Source: Sandaracinaceae bacterium (GTDB lineage Bacteria > Myxococcota_A > Polyangia > Polyangiales > Houyiibacteriaceae). Taken from it: a DNA stretch of 64,000 bases. Under the pieces are notes generated by a model. The model was not told the DNA's origin. It was given only the letters and a program-made list of their open reading frames with translations, and ran no database searches. The stretch spans positions 577,575-641,574 of the forward strand of contig JADJJE010000001.1 of assembly GCA_016706685.1 (NCBI GenBank). The letters are read 5' to 3'. Numbering within the stretch: position 1 is the stretch's first letter; the number at the start of each line of letters is the position of its first letter. This document shows, piece by piece, positions 28,883 to 37,348 of this stretch. Made by a program: the position numbers and the translations under genes.

Positions 28883-29380
28883 ATGCCCGGGGCATCCACC
28901 GAGAAGAACACGCGCGACGCGATGCTCGACCTGAAGCAGGACGTGGATCCCATCCTCGAGACATTCGTGTTCCTCTACACGGAGAGCCGGCGCGCCACGA
29001 AGGACGTGGCCCGCGAGCACGGTCTGACCGGGCCGCAGGTGACGGTGCTCAAGCTGCTCGAGGGGGTGGGCGATCTCTCGCTGTCCGAGCTCTCGGAGCG
29101 GATCCAGGCGCGGAACAGCACCATCACGGGGATCGTCGACCGCATGCAGCGGGACGGACTGGTGGTGCGGCGCCGCTCCGAGCGCGATCGCCGGGTCATC
29201 GAGATCGTGCTGACCCCCCGCGGTCAAGAGCTGGCCCGCGCCATCCCGGTGCAGCCCATGCAGATGTTCGCGTCCGCGCTGCGCTCGCTGCCACGTGAGG
29301 ACCGCGAGGCCCTGCGGCGCATCCTGCGCGCCATGAGCGATCACGTTCGGACCCTGACCGAAGACGCCCCGCCCACCTGA
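28883..29380 (+). CDS. MarR-family transcriptional regulator
   Basis: The winged HTH GLTGPQVTVLKLLEGVGDLSLSELSERIQARNSTITGIVDRMQRDGLVVRRRSERDRR is typical MarR. It is preceded by a short AT-rich stretch (tttatttagcgtacgaaatATG). Confidence 0.85.
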   Translation: MPGASTEKNTRDAMLDLKQDVDPILETFVFLYTESRRATKDVAREHGLTGPQVTVLKLLEGVGDLSLSELSERIQARNSTITGIVDRMQRDGLVVRRRSERDRRVIEIVLTPRGQELARAIPVQPMQMFASALRSLPREDREALRRILRAMSDHVRTLTEDAPPT

Positions 29381-29395
29381 GAAAGAGACGAGACC

Positions 29396-30175
29396 ATGGA
29401 AGACCGAGGATATGGAGCGATCACCGTCGGACTCGACGGCCACGTGGCGACCATCACGCTCAACAACCCGGAGCGCAAGAACGCCCTCTCGCCGCGCATG
29501 GTGAACGAGCTGCTCTACGCGCTCGACGACGCGCGGGACACCCCGGCGGTGCGCGTCATCGTGCTGACCGGCGCGGGGGAGTCGTTCTGCGCGGGCGGCG
29601 ACCTCAAGCAGATGGCGGGCGACGGTCCCGAGCTCGAGCGCCGTGGCGACTTCGACGACCTGTTGCTGCGCTTCGTGGGCCTGCACAAGCCCGTGGTAGC
29701 CGCCGTGCGGGGGCATGCCATGGGCGGCGGGCTGGGGCTGGTGGCGGCGGCGGACTTCGCCATCGCCGAGGCCGACGCGACGTTGGGCACCCCCGAGATC
29801 AAGCGCGGGCTGTTCCCCATGATGATCATGGCCCCGCTGCAGCGGGTGATGCCGCGTCGGGCACTCATGAACATGATGCTGCTGGGCGAGAAGCTCACCG
29901 CGGACGACGCGCTCGCGCTGGGCATCCTCTCGCACGTGGTGAAGCCCGGTGAGCTGGACGCGAAGGTGGCCGAGGTGGCGGGCAAGCTCGCCGCACAGAG
30001 CCCGACAGCGATGCAGATGGGGCTAGCGGCGTTCCACCACCAGGCGGACATGGGCATCAAGGCGGCCGTGCCGTACCTGCGCGACCAGCTCTACGCCCTG
30101 CTCAAGACCGAAGACGCGAAAGAAGGCCTGATGGCCTTCTTCCAGAAGCGCGCGCCCGTTTGGAAGGGGCGCTAG
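29396..30175 (+). CDS. Enoyl-CoA hydratase/isomerase (crotonase) family protein
   Basis: ITLNNPERKNAL, VIVLTGAGESFCAGGDLK, AAVRGHAMGGGLGLVAAADFAIA, and C-terminal EGLMAFFQKRAP. It starts 15 nt after the marR stop. Confidence 0.9.
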   Translation: MEDRGYGAITVGLDGHVATITLNNPERKNALSPRMVNELLYALDDARDTPAVRVIVLTGAGESFCAGGDLKQMAGDGPELERRGDFDDLLLRFVGLHKPVVAAVRGHAMGGGLGLVAAADFAIAEADATLGTPEIKRGLFPMMIMAPLQRVMPRRALMNMMLLGEKLTADDALALGILSHVVKPGELDAKVAEVAGKLAAQSPTAMQMGLAAFHHQADMGIKAAVPYLRDQLYALLKTEDAKEGLMAFFQKRAPVWKGR

Positions 30176-30191
30176 TCAGTCAGCCGGGGGC

Positions 30192-31697
30192 TCAGCGCCA
30201 GCGGCCACGGCCACGACCGCGACCCGGGCCACGGCCATCCACCGCGATGAGCGAGACGTCGTCCACGTAGCCGCCGAGACCGTTCGAGCGGCCCACGTGG
30301 CGCAGCTCGATGCGCGTGCTGTTCCCCGTCGCCTGGAAGCGGATGGTCTGGTAGCTCCACTGCGTGTCGCTCAGGTGGCTGCCCTCGGCCTCGAGGGTGG
30401 ACACGACCTGTCCGTTCAAGACCACCGCCACGCTGTTGTCCACGCGCGGCGTGCCGGGACGCGCGCTGAACGCGAGGCGCAGGTCGTAGTGCTGTCCGGG
30501 CACCGTCTGCACGTCCTGATAGATGGCCGATGACGAGTGGCTGTCCAGCTCCACGAACTGCGCGCCCTCGGCCGCGCGGCCCGCCACGTTGTTCTGGAGC
30601 TCGATGCCGGGGCCGGACGCCAGCTGCCAGCCGGGCAGCGCGGAGAGCACCTGCCACGTGCCGGGCGCGAGGCGCTGCTGCTCGAAGCCGCCGTCGAAGA
30701 GCAGGTTGCCCCCCTGCTGGGGCGGAGGCTGCGTGGGCTGCGGCTGCACCACCACGGGCGGCGGGCTCTGCGGCTGCACGATGACCACGCCGATGTTCGA
30801 GCGCGCGTCCGGGCCGGCCGGGCGGTCCACCCGCCACCAGCCGAGCGCGCCCTGCTGGCACGAGTAGGCCTGGGCATAGCGAACGCGGACCTCGTAGGTG
30901 CCGGGCTGGTTGGGGATGACCAGCTGGAAGCGCACGGTCTCGAAGCCGCGGCTGTGCGAGCCACCGTTCCACACGCACTGCTGCGCCTGGGCCTCACCGC
31001 CGAGGCCCACGATGACCTGGTTGATGGCGCCGCCGCAGCCGGGGCAGTTGTGCTGGATCTCCATGGTGCCTTCGACCACGCCGCCGTTCGACACCGTGAT
31101 GGAGGGGCCCTGACCGGCGAGACGCACGTTGCGCACCACGAAGCGCCCGGGCTCCTGGAACACGGGCGAGTACTGGACCTGCGTCACGGGCTGCGGCGGC
31201 ACGTACACCGGCTGCGGCTGCGGCTGGGTGGGGACGTAAACCGGCTGCGGGTTCTGGGGCGGCACGGCGCCCTGGCCTGCGAATGGCATGGGGACGTCCA
31301 CGGCCACGGGGTTACTGTTGTACGGGACGGTCTGCCCGAGGGACTGCGCCGCCTGCAGGATGGCGTTTCCCATCACCACCTCGAGGCACGAGGTGTACTG
31401 GGGGCCGCCGGGGTTCTGGCTGGCGTTGACCTCGAGGCGCCCGTTGAGCGTGCGCACCACGAAGCGCGTCTGCGTGAGCGGAGACGTGGCCCGCGAGAGG
31501 AAGCGGTCGCACGAGCGCAGGTCGTTCGCGCCGAGCGAGCCGGCCCGGATGAGCTGGTCCTGCAGCTGCATGTCCGGGTTCTGGAGCGGGGTGGCCGTGG
31601 GGCCCCCGCGCTGGGCCAACGCGGGCAGGGAGCCCACCGTCAGCAGGACGAGGCAGAGCAGAGCAGGGATGCGGCGCAGCGCGCGTGTCGGCTTCAT
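30192..31697 (-). CDS. Secreted protein with Pro/Gln-rich linkers, C-terminal DUF642/choice-of-anchor-C-like jelly-roll domain and an RG-repeat tail
   Basis: ATG 31697 (MKPTRALRRIPALLCLVLLTVGSLPALAQ). Linkers PQNPQPVYVPTQPQPQPVYVPPQP. The C-terminal NLLFDGGFEQQRLAPGTWQVLSALPGWQLASGPGIELQNNVAGRAAEGAQFVELDS...YDLRLAFSARPG resembles DUF642-type domains. It ends DGRGPGRGRGRGRWR. Confidence 0.65.
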   Translation of the reverse strand: MKPTRALRRIPALLCLVLLTVGSLPALAQRGGPTATPLQNPDMQLQDQLIRAGSLGANDLRSCDRFLSRATSPLTQTRFVVRTLNGRLEVNASQNPGGPQYTSCLEVVMGNAILQAAQSLGQTVPYNSNPVAVDVPMPFAGQGAVPPQNPQPVYVPTQPQPQPVYVPPQPVTQVQYSPVFQEPGRFVVRNVRLAGQGPSITVSNGGVVEGTMEIQHNCPGCGGAINQVIVGLGGEAQAQQCVWNGGSHSRGFETVRFQLVIPNQPGTYEVRVRYAQAYSCQQGALGWWRVDRPAGPDARSNIGVVIVQPQSPPPVVVQPQPTQPPPQQGGNLLFDGGFEQQRLAPGTWQVLSALPGWQLASGPGIELQNNVAGRAAEGAQFVELDSHSSSAIYQDVQTVPGQHYDLRLAFSARPGTPRVDNSVAVVLNGQVVSTLEAEGSHLSDTQWSYQTIRFQATGNSTRIELRHVGRSNGLGGYVDDVSLIAVDGRGPGRGRGRGRWR

Positions 31698-31812
31698 GGG
31701 TTTCCTCGGAGCTTCCGGGCGCGCAAGACTGCCGCCACGGCATGAACGTGCCGGACCGACGCCCAGCGCAGCAAGCGTATTCAGCGAGCCGGGCTCGGGA
31801 CAGGACAGCAGG

Positions 31813-33504
31813 TCAGGGCTGGATGAGCGCCTGGACGCTGAGCTCCAGCGCGCCGCCGCCGCGATAGTGGTCCGGTGACAGGGTGCCCACCGCCACGATC
31901 TCCGTCGCCACGCTGTCCGCGCTGGGGCCCCCATCACGCTGGAAGGCCGTGAGCTTCTCGCCACCCGCCCGGAGCGTGAGCTTCAGGTGCTGGCCGTCAC
32001 CCACCGCGCGCGCATCGATGACACGCGCGGCCAGCGCGAAGAGCGGCGAGGGGTTGCCCTCGCCGAGGGGCTCGAGCCCCTGCAGGTCCGTCGCGCTGGG
32101 CAGCGCAAAGGTGTCTCCCACCTCCACGTCCACCAGCGGGAGCGGGCGTGTGTGGTCGCGACGCGGAGTGGCGGCCGCGAAGCCGGCCCGCAGCGCGTCG
32201 AGCCGCGCCTCGTCCATGGACAGCCCGGCCGCCATGGCGTGGCCGCCGAACTTGAGCAGGTCACCACGGCACGCGCTGAACGCGTCGTGCAGGTGATAGC
32301 CATCGGGCGTGCGGCCGCTGCCGTGCCCCACACCCGCTTCGTCCAGGGCGATGACCACGGCGGGGACGCCGAAGCGCTCCACCAAGCGCGCCGCCGAGAT
32401 GCCCACCACGCCACGATGCCAACCTCGCTCCGCCACCACGATGCCGCTCGTGGGGTGGTCGCCGTAGACCGTGCGGGCTTGCGCCACGGCCTGCTCCGTG
32501 ACCGCGCGCTCCACCGCCTTGCGCTCGTCGTTCAGCTGCTCGATGCGCCCGGCCAGCATGCGCGCGTCCACCGGGCTGCGCGCGCGCAGGAGCTGCAGCG
32601 TGAGCACCGGGTCCGCCAAGCGCCCGGCTGCGTTGAGGCGCGGCCCGAACTTGAACGCGATGTCCTGGCCACCGATGGCCGTGCCCGGGCGCACGCGGGC
32701 GTTCTCGCGCAGCGCGGCGATGCCCGGACGCGCGTTGGGCGCCCCCAACAAGCGCAGGCCCGCGCGCACCAGTCGCCGGTTGTCGCCCTCGAGGGGCATC
32801 ACGTCGGCCACCGTGCCCAGCGCCACCAAGTCCAGCCAAGGGCGCAGGTCCAACTTGCTGCCGAGCGCCGCGCGGACGCCCGCGCCCAGGGTGAAGGCGA
32901 GGCCTGCGCTGCACATCCACTTGAACGGGAACTCACAGCCGGGCTGATGTGGGTTGAGGAAGGCCAGCGCCGGCAGCGGCTCGTCCGGCACCAAGTGGTG
33001 GTCCACCACGATCACGTCCACGCCGCGAGCACGGGCGGCGGCGATGCGCGGGTGATCGCTGCTGCCGCAATCGCACGTGACGATCACGTCCGGAGACACC
33101 GCGAGGCAGGCGGCCAGCGCCGGCTCGCTGAAGCCATAGCCGCCCGCGAAGCGGTTGGCGACGAACGGCATCACCTCCGCGCCGAGCGCCTCCAGCACGT
33201 CGCTCAGGATGGCGGTGCTGGTGGTCCCGTCCACGTCGTAGTCGCCGAAGATGGCCACCCGCTGGCCGTGCTTCGCGGCGAACGCCAACCGCTCACACGC
33301 CTCCGCGCGGCCGCGCATGCCGGCTGGGTCGGACAGCCCACCCAGGGTGGGCTCGAGGTAAGAGCGCGCTGCGGCCACCTCTCCCAAGTTCCGGTGCAGC
33401 AGCACCTGCGCCACGCTGGCACCCAGCCCCAGCTCTCGCCCGAGGGCGCGTGCATGGGCCACATCGGGAGGCCGCAGCCGGTAGCCCGGGCGCTCGATCA
33501 CCAC
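31813..33504 (-). CDS. recJ: Single-stranded-DNA-specific exonuclease RecJ
   Basis: DHH motifs IFGDYDVDGTTS, TCDCGSSD, VVDHH, plus DHHA1 GGHAMAAG. GTG start at 33504. Confidence 0.93.
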   Translation of the reverse strand: MVIERPGYRLRPPDVAHARALGRELGLGASVAQVLLHRNLGEVAAARSYLEPTLGGLSDPAGMRGRAEACERLAFAAKHGQRVAIFGDYDVDGTTSTAILSDVLEALGAEVMPFVANRFAGGYGFSEPALAACLAVSPDVIVTCDCGSSDHPRIAAARARGVDVIVVDHHLVPDEPLPALAFLNPHQPGCEFPFKWMCSAGLAFTLGAGVRAALGSKLDLRPWLDLVALGTVADVMPLEGDNRRLVRAGLRLLGAPNARPGIAALRENARVRPGTAIGGQDIAFKFGPRLNAAGRLADPVLTLQLLRARSPVDARMLAGRIEQLNDERKAVERAVTEQAVAQARTVYGDHPTSGIVVAERGWHRGVVGISAARLVERFGVPAVVIALDEAGVGHGSGRTPDGYHLHDAFSACRGDLLKFGGHAMAAGLSMDEARLDALRAGFAAATPRRDHTRPLPLVDVEVGDTFALPSATDLQGLEPLGEGNPSPLFALAARVIDARAVGDGQHLKLTLRAGGEKLTAFQRDGGPSADSVATEIVAVGTLSPDHYRGGGALELSVQALIQP

Positions 33505-33586
33505 GCCCCCCTCTGCGTGCGCGAACGGGCCCTGAACGCGATTCGCCCGCCGGGTGGCGGGCGAAGATCGCGCAGAGGGCTGGGCG

Positions 33587-34725
33587 TCACGCCGCCTTCG
33601 CGAAGAAGCGCCGGTCGATCCACTCGGTCATGGGCGCCGCCACGTAGATGGACGAGTACGTGCCGACCGAGATGCCGATGAACAGCGCGAACGAGAGGTC
33701 CTGGATGACCGACGTGCCGAACACGAAGAACGCGCTGACCGAGACCAGCGTGGTGGCCGAGGTCATGAGGGTGCGTGAGAGCACCTGCGACGAGGAGATG
33801 TTGATCAGCTCGCTGAGGCTCTTGTCCTTGTAGCGGCCCATGTTCTCTCGGATGCGGTCGAAGATGACGATGGTGTCGTTGATCGAGTAGCCGAGGATGG
33901 TGAGCAGCGCCGCGATGGTGGTGAGGTTCATCTCCTTCTGGACCAGCACGTAGATGCCGACGGTGATGACCACGTCGTGGAACAGCGCCAACACCGCGCC
34001 CGGCGCGAAGCGCAGGTCGAAGCGGAAGGCCACGTACACCATGATGAAGGCCACCGCGTAGAGCAGCGACTGGATGGCCGCGTCGCGCAGCTGCTCGCCG
34101 GCCTTCGGGCCCACCCACTCGATGCGCAGCGGCGCCGCAGGGGCGCGCTCCCCGAAGGTGGCCTGGAGGTCCTGGAAGACCGCGTCGCCCACGCCCACCA
34201 GCGAGGCCTCGAAGCGGTGCTCGGCGGTGCCGCCGAAGCGCGTGACTTCGCGCACGGAGACGCCGTTGTCGCCTTCGCCCTCGATGGCGCCACGGATGAC
34301 GGCCACATCGGCTGGGCCGGAGAGGCGCAGGCTGATCTTGTCGCCGCCGGGGCTGACCTTGTACTGCAGCACCGTGACGTCGCCGAGGGCGCTCGTGAGG
34401 CGCGACTCGATGGCCGCTTGACCTCTTCGGTGATGGCAGACGTCTCGTTGACGCGCAGCATGTAGGTGTTGGCGCGACCCTCCACCGTGACGACGTCGGC
34501 GCCGGGGTGGCCCGCTTCGCTGAGCGCCTCGCGGAGCTCCGTGGTGGTCACGGCGCCGTTGAACTGCACCTCGAGCTCGGTGCCGCCCGAGAAGTCTAGG
34601 CCCAAGTTGGCACCGGGGTAGAACAGCGACGCGAGGCTGAGGATGACCAGGGTGGTGGACACGCCGATCACCGGGAGGCGATAGCGCATGAAGTCGATGT
34701 ACGTGTCGGGCTTGATAAGTTCCAT
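33587..34725 (-). pseudogene. secF: Protein-export membrane protein SecF, interrupted by a single-base frameshift as assembled
   Basis: The N-terminal frame starts at ATG 34725 (MELIKPDTYIDFMRYRLPVIGVSTTLVILSLASLFYPGANLGLDFSGGTELE...NETSAITEEVK) and turns to junk after about 34417. The C-terminal frame (track ORF 33587-34372, preceded in frame by AAIESRLTSALGDVTV) carries the rest (LQYKVSPGG...ILGYSINDTIVIFDRIRE...). One extra G in aag-cgg-cc (34415-34419) would restore EEVKAAIESRL. Confidence 0.85.
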
Positions 34726-34729
34726 AGTG

Positions 34730-36601
34730 TCACCCGACCCGCAGACGCTCGACCTTGAGGCCACGCACGATCCAATCGAGCATGACCCTGGAGCAGAAGA
34801 TACCCGTGAAGAGAGAGGTCACGATGCCGAGCATGAGCATGACGGCGAAGCCCTTGATGGGGCCGGTGCCGAACTGGAAGAGCACGATGCCCGCGATGAA
34901 CGTGGTGATCTGGCCGTCGAAGATGGAGGAGAACGCCCTCGAGAAGCCCTGATCCACCGCCGCGCGAGGCGACTTGCCGAGGCGCAGCTCTTCTCGGATG
35001 CGCTCGGTGATGAGCACGTTGGCGTCCACGGCCATACCCACGGTGAGCGCGATGGCCGCCACACCGGGCAGCGTGAGCGTGGCGCCGAGGGCCGCCATGA
35101 GCGCCAGCAGCAGGACCACGTTGAGCACCACCATGACGTCGGCCACGAGCCCGGCCACCTGGTAGTAGATGGCCATCATGAGGAGCACGAGGCCGATGCC
35201 GATGAGCGCGCCGAGGCCGCCCTTCTCGATGGAGTCTTGGCCGAGCGTGGGCCCGATGAGCTGCTCGTTGGCCGGGCGGAGGGGCGCGGGCAGCGCGCCC
35301 GCCTTGAGCACGACCACCAGGTCGTTGGCCTCTTCGATGGCCTCTTGGCCGCCCATGCCGCCGCCGAGCGTGATCTGCGCGTTGCCGCCGCCGATGCGCT
35401 GGTTGATGACGGGGGCACTGAAGACCTTGTCGTCGAGGACGATGGCCATGCGGCGCTTCACGTTGCGACCGGTGAGCTCCTCGAAGCGGTCCGCGCCGCG
35501 GGTGTTGAAGCGCAGGCCGACGTACGGGGCGTTGCCCTGGGTGGGGTCGAACGCGACGGCCGCGTCTTCCACGTCTTCACCCGTGACGTTCGCGCTGCTG
35601 AACACGTAGAACGTGCGCCAGCCGCGGTCTTGGGCGCGAGCCGTGGGGCCCCCGACCTCGCCCATCAGGAGCTCGTGGCCGGTCGGCACGTCCAGCGTGG
35701 CAACGTAGGCCTCGAGGCGTTGGTAGGCCGCGACCGACGACTCTTCGCCATCCGCCATGGCGGAGAACAAGTAGGAGACGCTCACGCTCGGGCGCTCTTC
35801 GCCTGCCGAGGTGCTCTCGACGAGCATGGTCACGCCCTCGGGCAGACCGTCGCGGAGCCCGGCGACGTAGTCACCCTCGTCGTCGAGCACCTTGAACTCG
35901 AGGCGAGCGGTGCGGGCGATGATGCTGCGGATGCGCTCGAACTGCTCCTCGGTGGCGCCGGGGACCTCGACGATGATGTCGGAGTCGCGCGCCATGACGG
36001 TGGTCTCGGCGATACCGAGCGTGTTGATGCGCTCTTCGACGGTGTGCTGGGCCTGCTGCACGGCCGTCGCCCGGAGGGTGTCGAGGTTGTCCTCACGCAT
36101 CTCCAGCGTGACGACGTTGCCCGTGGTGGACACGATGCGCATCTCACCGAAGCCCTCGTCGCGGAGCCAGTCACGGTCGAACGCCTGGGGGACGCTCCCG
36201 GTGAAGGTCACCGTCGCACGGAGGCCGCCACTCAACGTGGCCACCTGCACCTGCTCGGCCACCTGCTCGAGCTGCTCGCGCGTCGCGGTGTCGGCGTCGT
36301 TCTCGCCGTACACTTCGAGCAGCACGCCCAGCTTGCGCACGAGCTGTTCGCTCAGGGTGTCGCGGCGATCACGGATGTACTCCTCGACCTCCACCTCGTA
36401 CTGCAGCCGCAAGCCGCCACGGATGTCGAGACCCGGGCTGATGCGGCCCGAGAACCACTCCGTGACGAGCTCCGGCGCCGTGCGCCCCGCGTCGGGGTCC
36501 GAGGACACCCGCCAGTCGTCGATGGTCGGCCAGAGCTGGAGCCCCGCCAAGAGCGCGACACCGACCACGGTCGCGAAACGTAGGTACAAGCCTCTATCCA
36601 T
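34730..36601 (-). CDS. secD: Protein-export membrane protein SecD
   Basis: 623 aa: N-terminal TM, large periplasmic domain, C-terminal six-TM bundle with GPTLGQDSI, AIALTVGMAVDANVLITERIREE. The stop is 4 nt before the secF start. Confidence 0.95.
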   Translation of the reverse strand: MDRGLYLRFATVVGVALLAGLQLWPTIDDWRVSSDPDAGRTAPELVTEWFSGRISPGLDIRGGLRLQYEVEVEEYIRDRRDTLSEQLVRKLGVLLEVYGENDADTATREQLEQVAEQVQVATLSGGLRATVTFTGSVPQAFDRDWLRDEGFGEMRIVSTTGNVVTLEMREDNLDTLRATAVQQAQHTVEERINTLGIAETTVMARDSDIIVEVPGATEEQFERIRSIIARTARLEFKVLDDEGDYVAGLRDGLPEGVTMLVESTSAGEERPSVSVSYLFSAMADGEESSVAAYQRLEAYVATLDVPTGHELLMGEVGGPTARAQDRGWRTFYVFSSANVTGEDVEDAAVAFDPTQGNAPYVGLRFNTRGADRFEELTGRNVKRRMAIVLDDKVFSAPVINQRIGGGNAQITLGGGMGGQEAIEEANDLVVVLKAGALPAPLRPANEQLIGPTLGQDSIEKGGLGALIGIGLVLLMMAIYYQVAGLVADVMVVLNVVLLLALMAALGATLTLPGVAAIALTVGMAVDANVLITERIREELRLGKSPRAAVDQGFSRAFSSIFDGQITTFIAGIVLFQFGTGPIKGFAVMLMLGIVTSLFTGIFCSRVMLDWIVRGLKVERLRVG

Positions 36602-36655
36602 GAGTCCCTTGTGAGCGGTGTTCCCCGCTCGGCGTGAACGTGTGCGAGCGCACGC

Positions 36656-37120
36656 TCAGTCCTTCTTCTTGTCGGCTTTGTCAGCCTTGTCCGACTTGTC
36701 GGCCGGGCTGGTGGTGCCGGAGTCCGTGCCCGGAGCTTCCTTGCCCAGGATCTGCGCGCGAAACACGTTGATCCGGGTCTTCGGAGCGATCTCGAGGATC
36801 ACGTCCCGATTGTCGTTCGAGAAGCTGACGATCTCGCCGCGGATGCCGCTGTTGGTGCGGACGATGTCCCCCTTCATGAGGGCCTTCAGCGTGACCTCTC
36901 GCTCCTTGGCGCGCTTCTGCTCGGGGCGCAGCACGAAGAAGTACATGAACGCCAGCATGACCACGAGCATGAGCATCGTGGACGAGCCACCCGCGCAGCC
37001 ATCGAGCGGGCTGGCTGGTGCTCCTGCGCCACCCGTGGCGCCCGCCGAGTCGGCGGCGCCGCCCGTGGACTCCGGTTGCAATCGGAGCATGAATTCGTAG
37101 AGCGTCGCGAGAGGGGCCAT
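36656..37120 (-). CDS. yajC: Preprotein translocase subunit YajC
   Basis: TM MLMLVVMLAFMYFFVLRPEQKRAKE followed by GDIVRTNSGIRGEIV. It has a Lys/Asp-rich tail. An internal ATG (MLRLQ...) is a possible alternative start. Confidence 0.85.
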   Translation of the reverse strand: MAPLATLYEFMLRLQPESTGGAADSAGATGGAGAPASPLDGCAGGSSTMLMLVVMLAFMYFFVLRPEQKRAKEREVTLKALMKGDIVRTNSGIRGEIVSFSNDNRDVILEIAPKTRINVFRAQILGKEAPGTDSGTTSPADKSDKADKADKKKD

Positions 37121-37348
37121 GAGTCGGCGGGTTCCAGTCGAGCGGGGGAAAGCGAGGGCGGGCGGTGCCCGCTACGAAGTGAGCGGCTGGGGAAGCTGGC
37201 CCCCGGTGCCCCGCTGGGCGCGCGAGTACTACTCCATGGGCTCACGGTGGTCAATACGCACGGGAACCCGCACCATGGACGGCCCAAGGGGTCGCCACGA
37301 CGCGAATCTCGGCCCGTTCCGCGCAGATGCGGTACCTTGCGGCTCGCG

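Noticed and set aside
28860-28885. MarR operator in tttatttagcgtacgaaat upstream of the marR start
   Set aside because: Only the central CGTACG is palindromic and the flanks do not pair (ATTTAG versus AAAT). This is insufficient to call a site.
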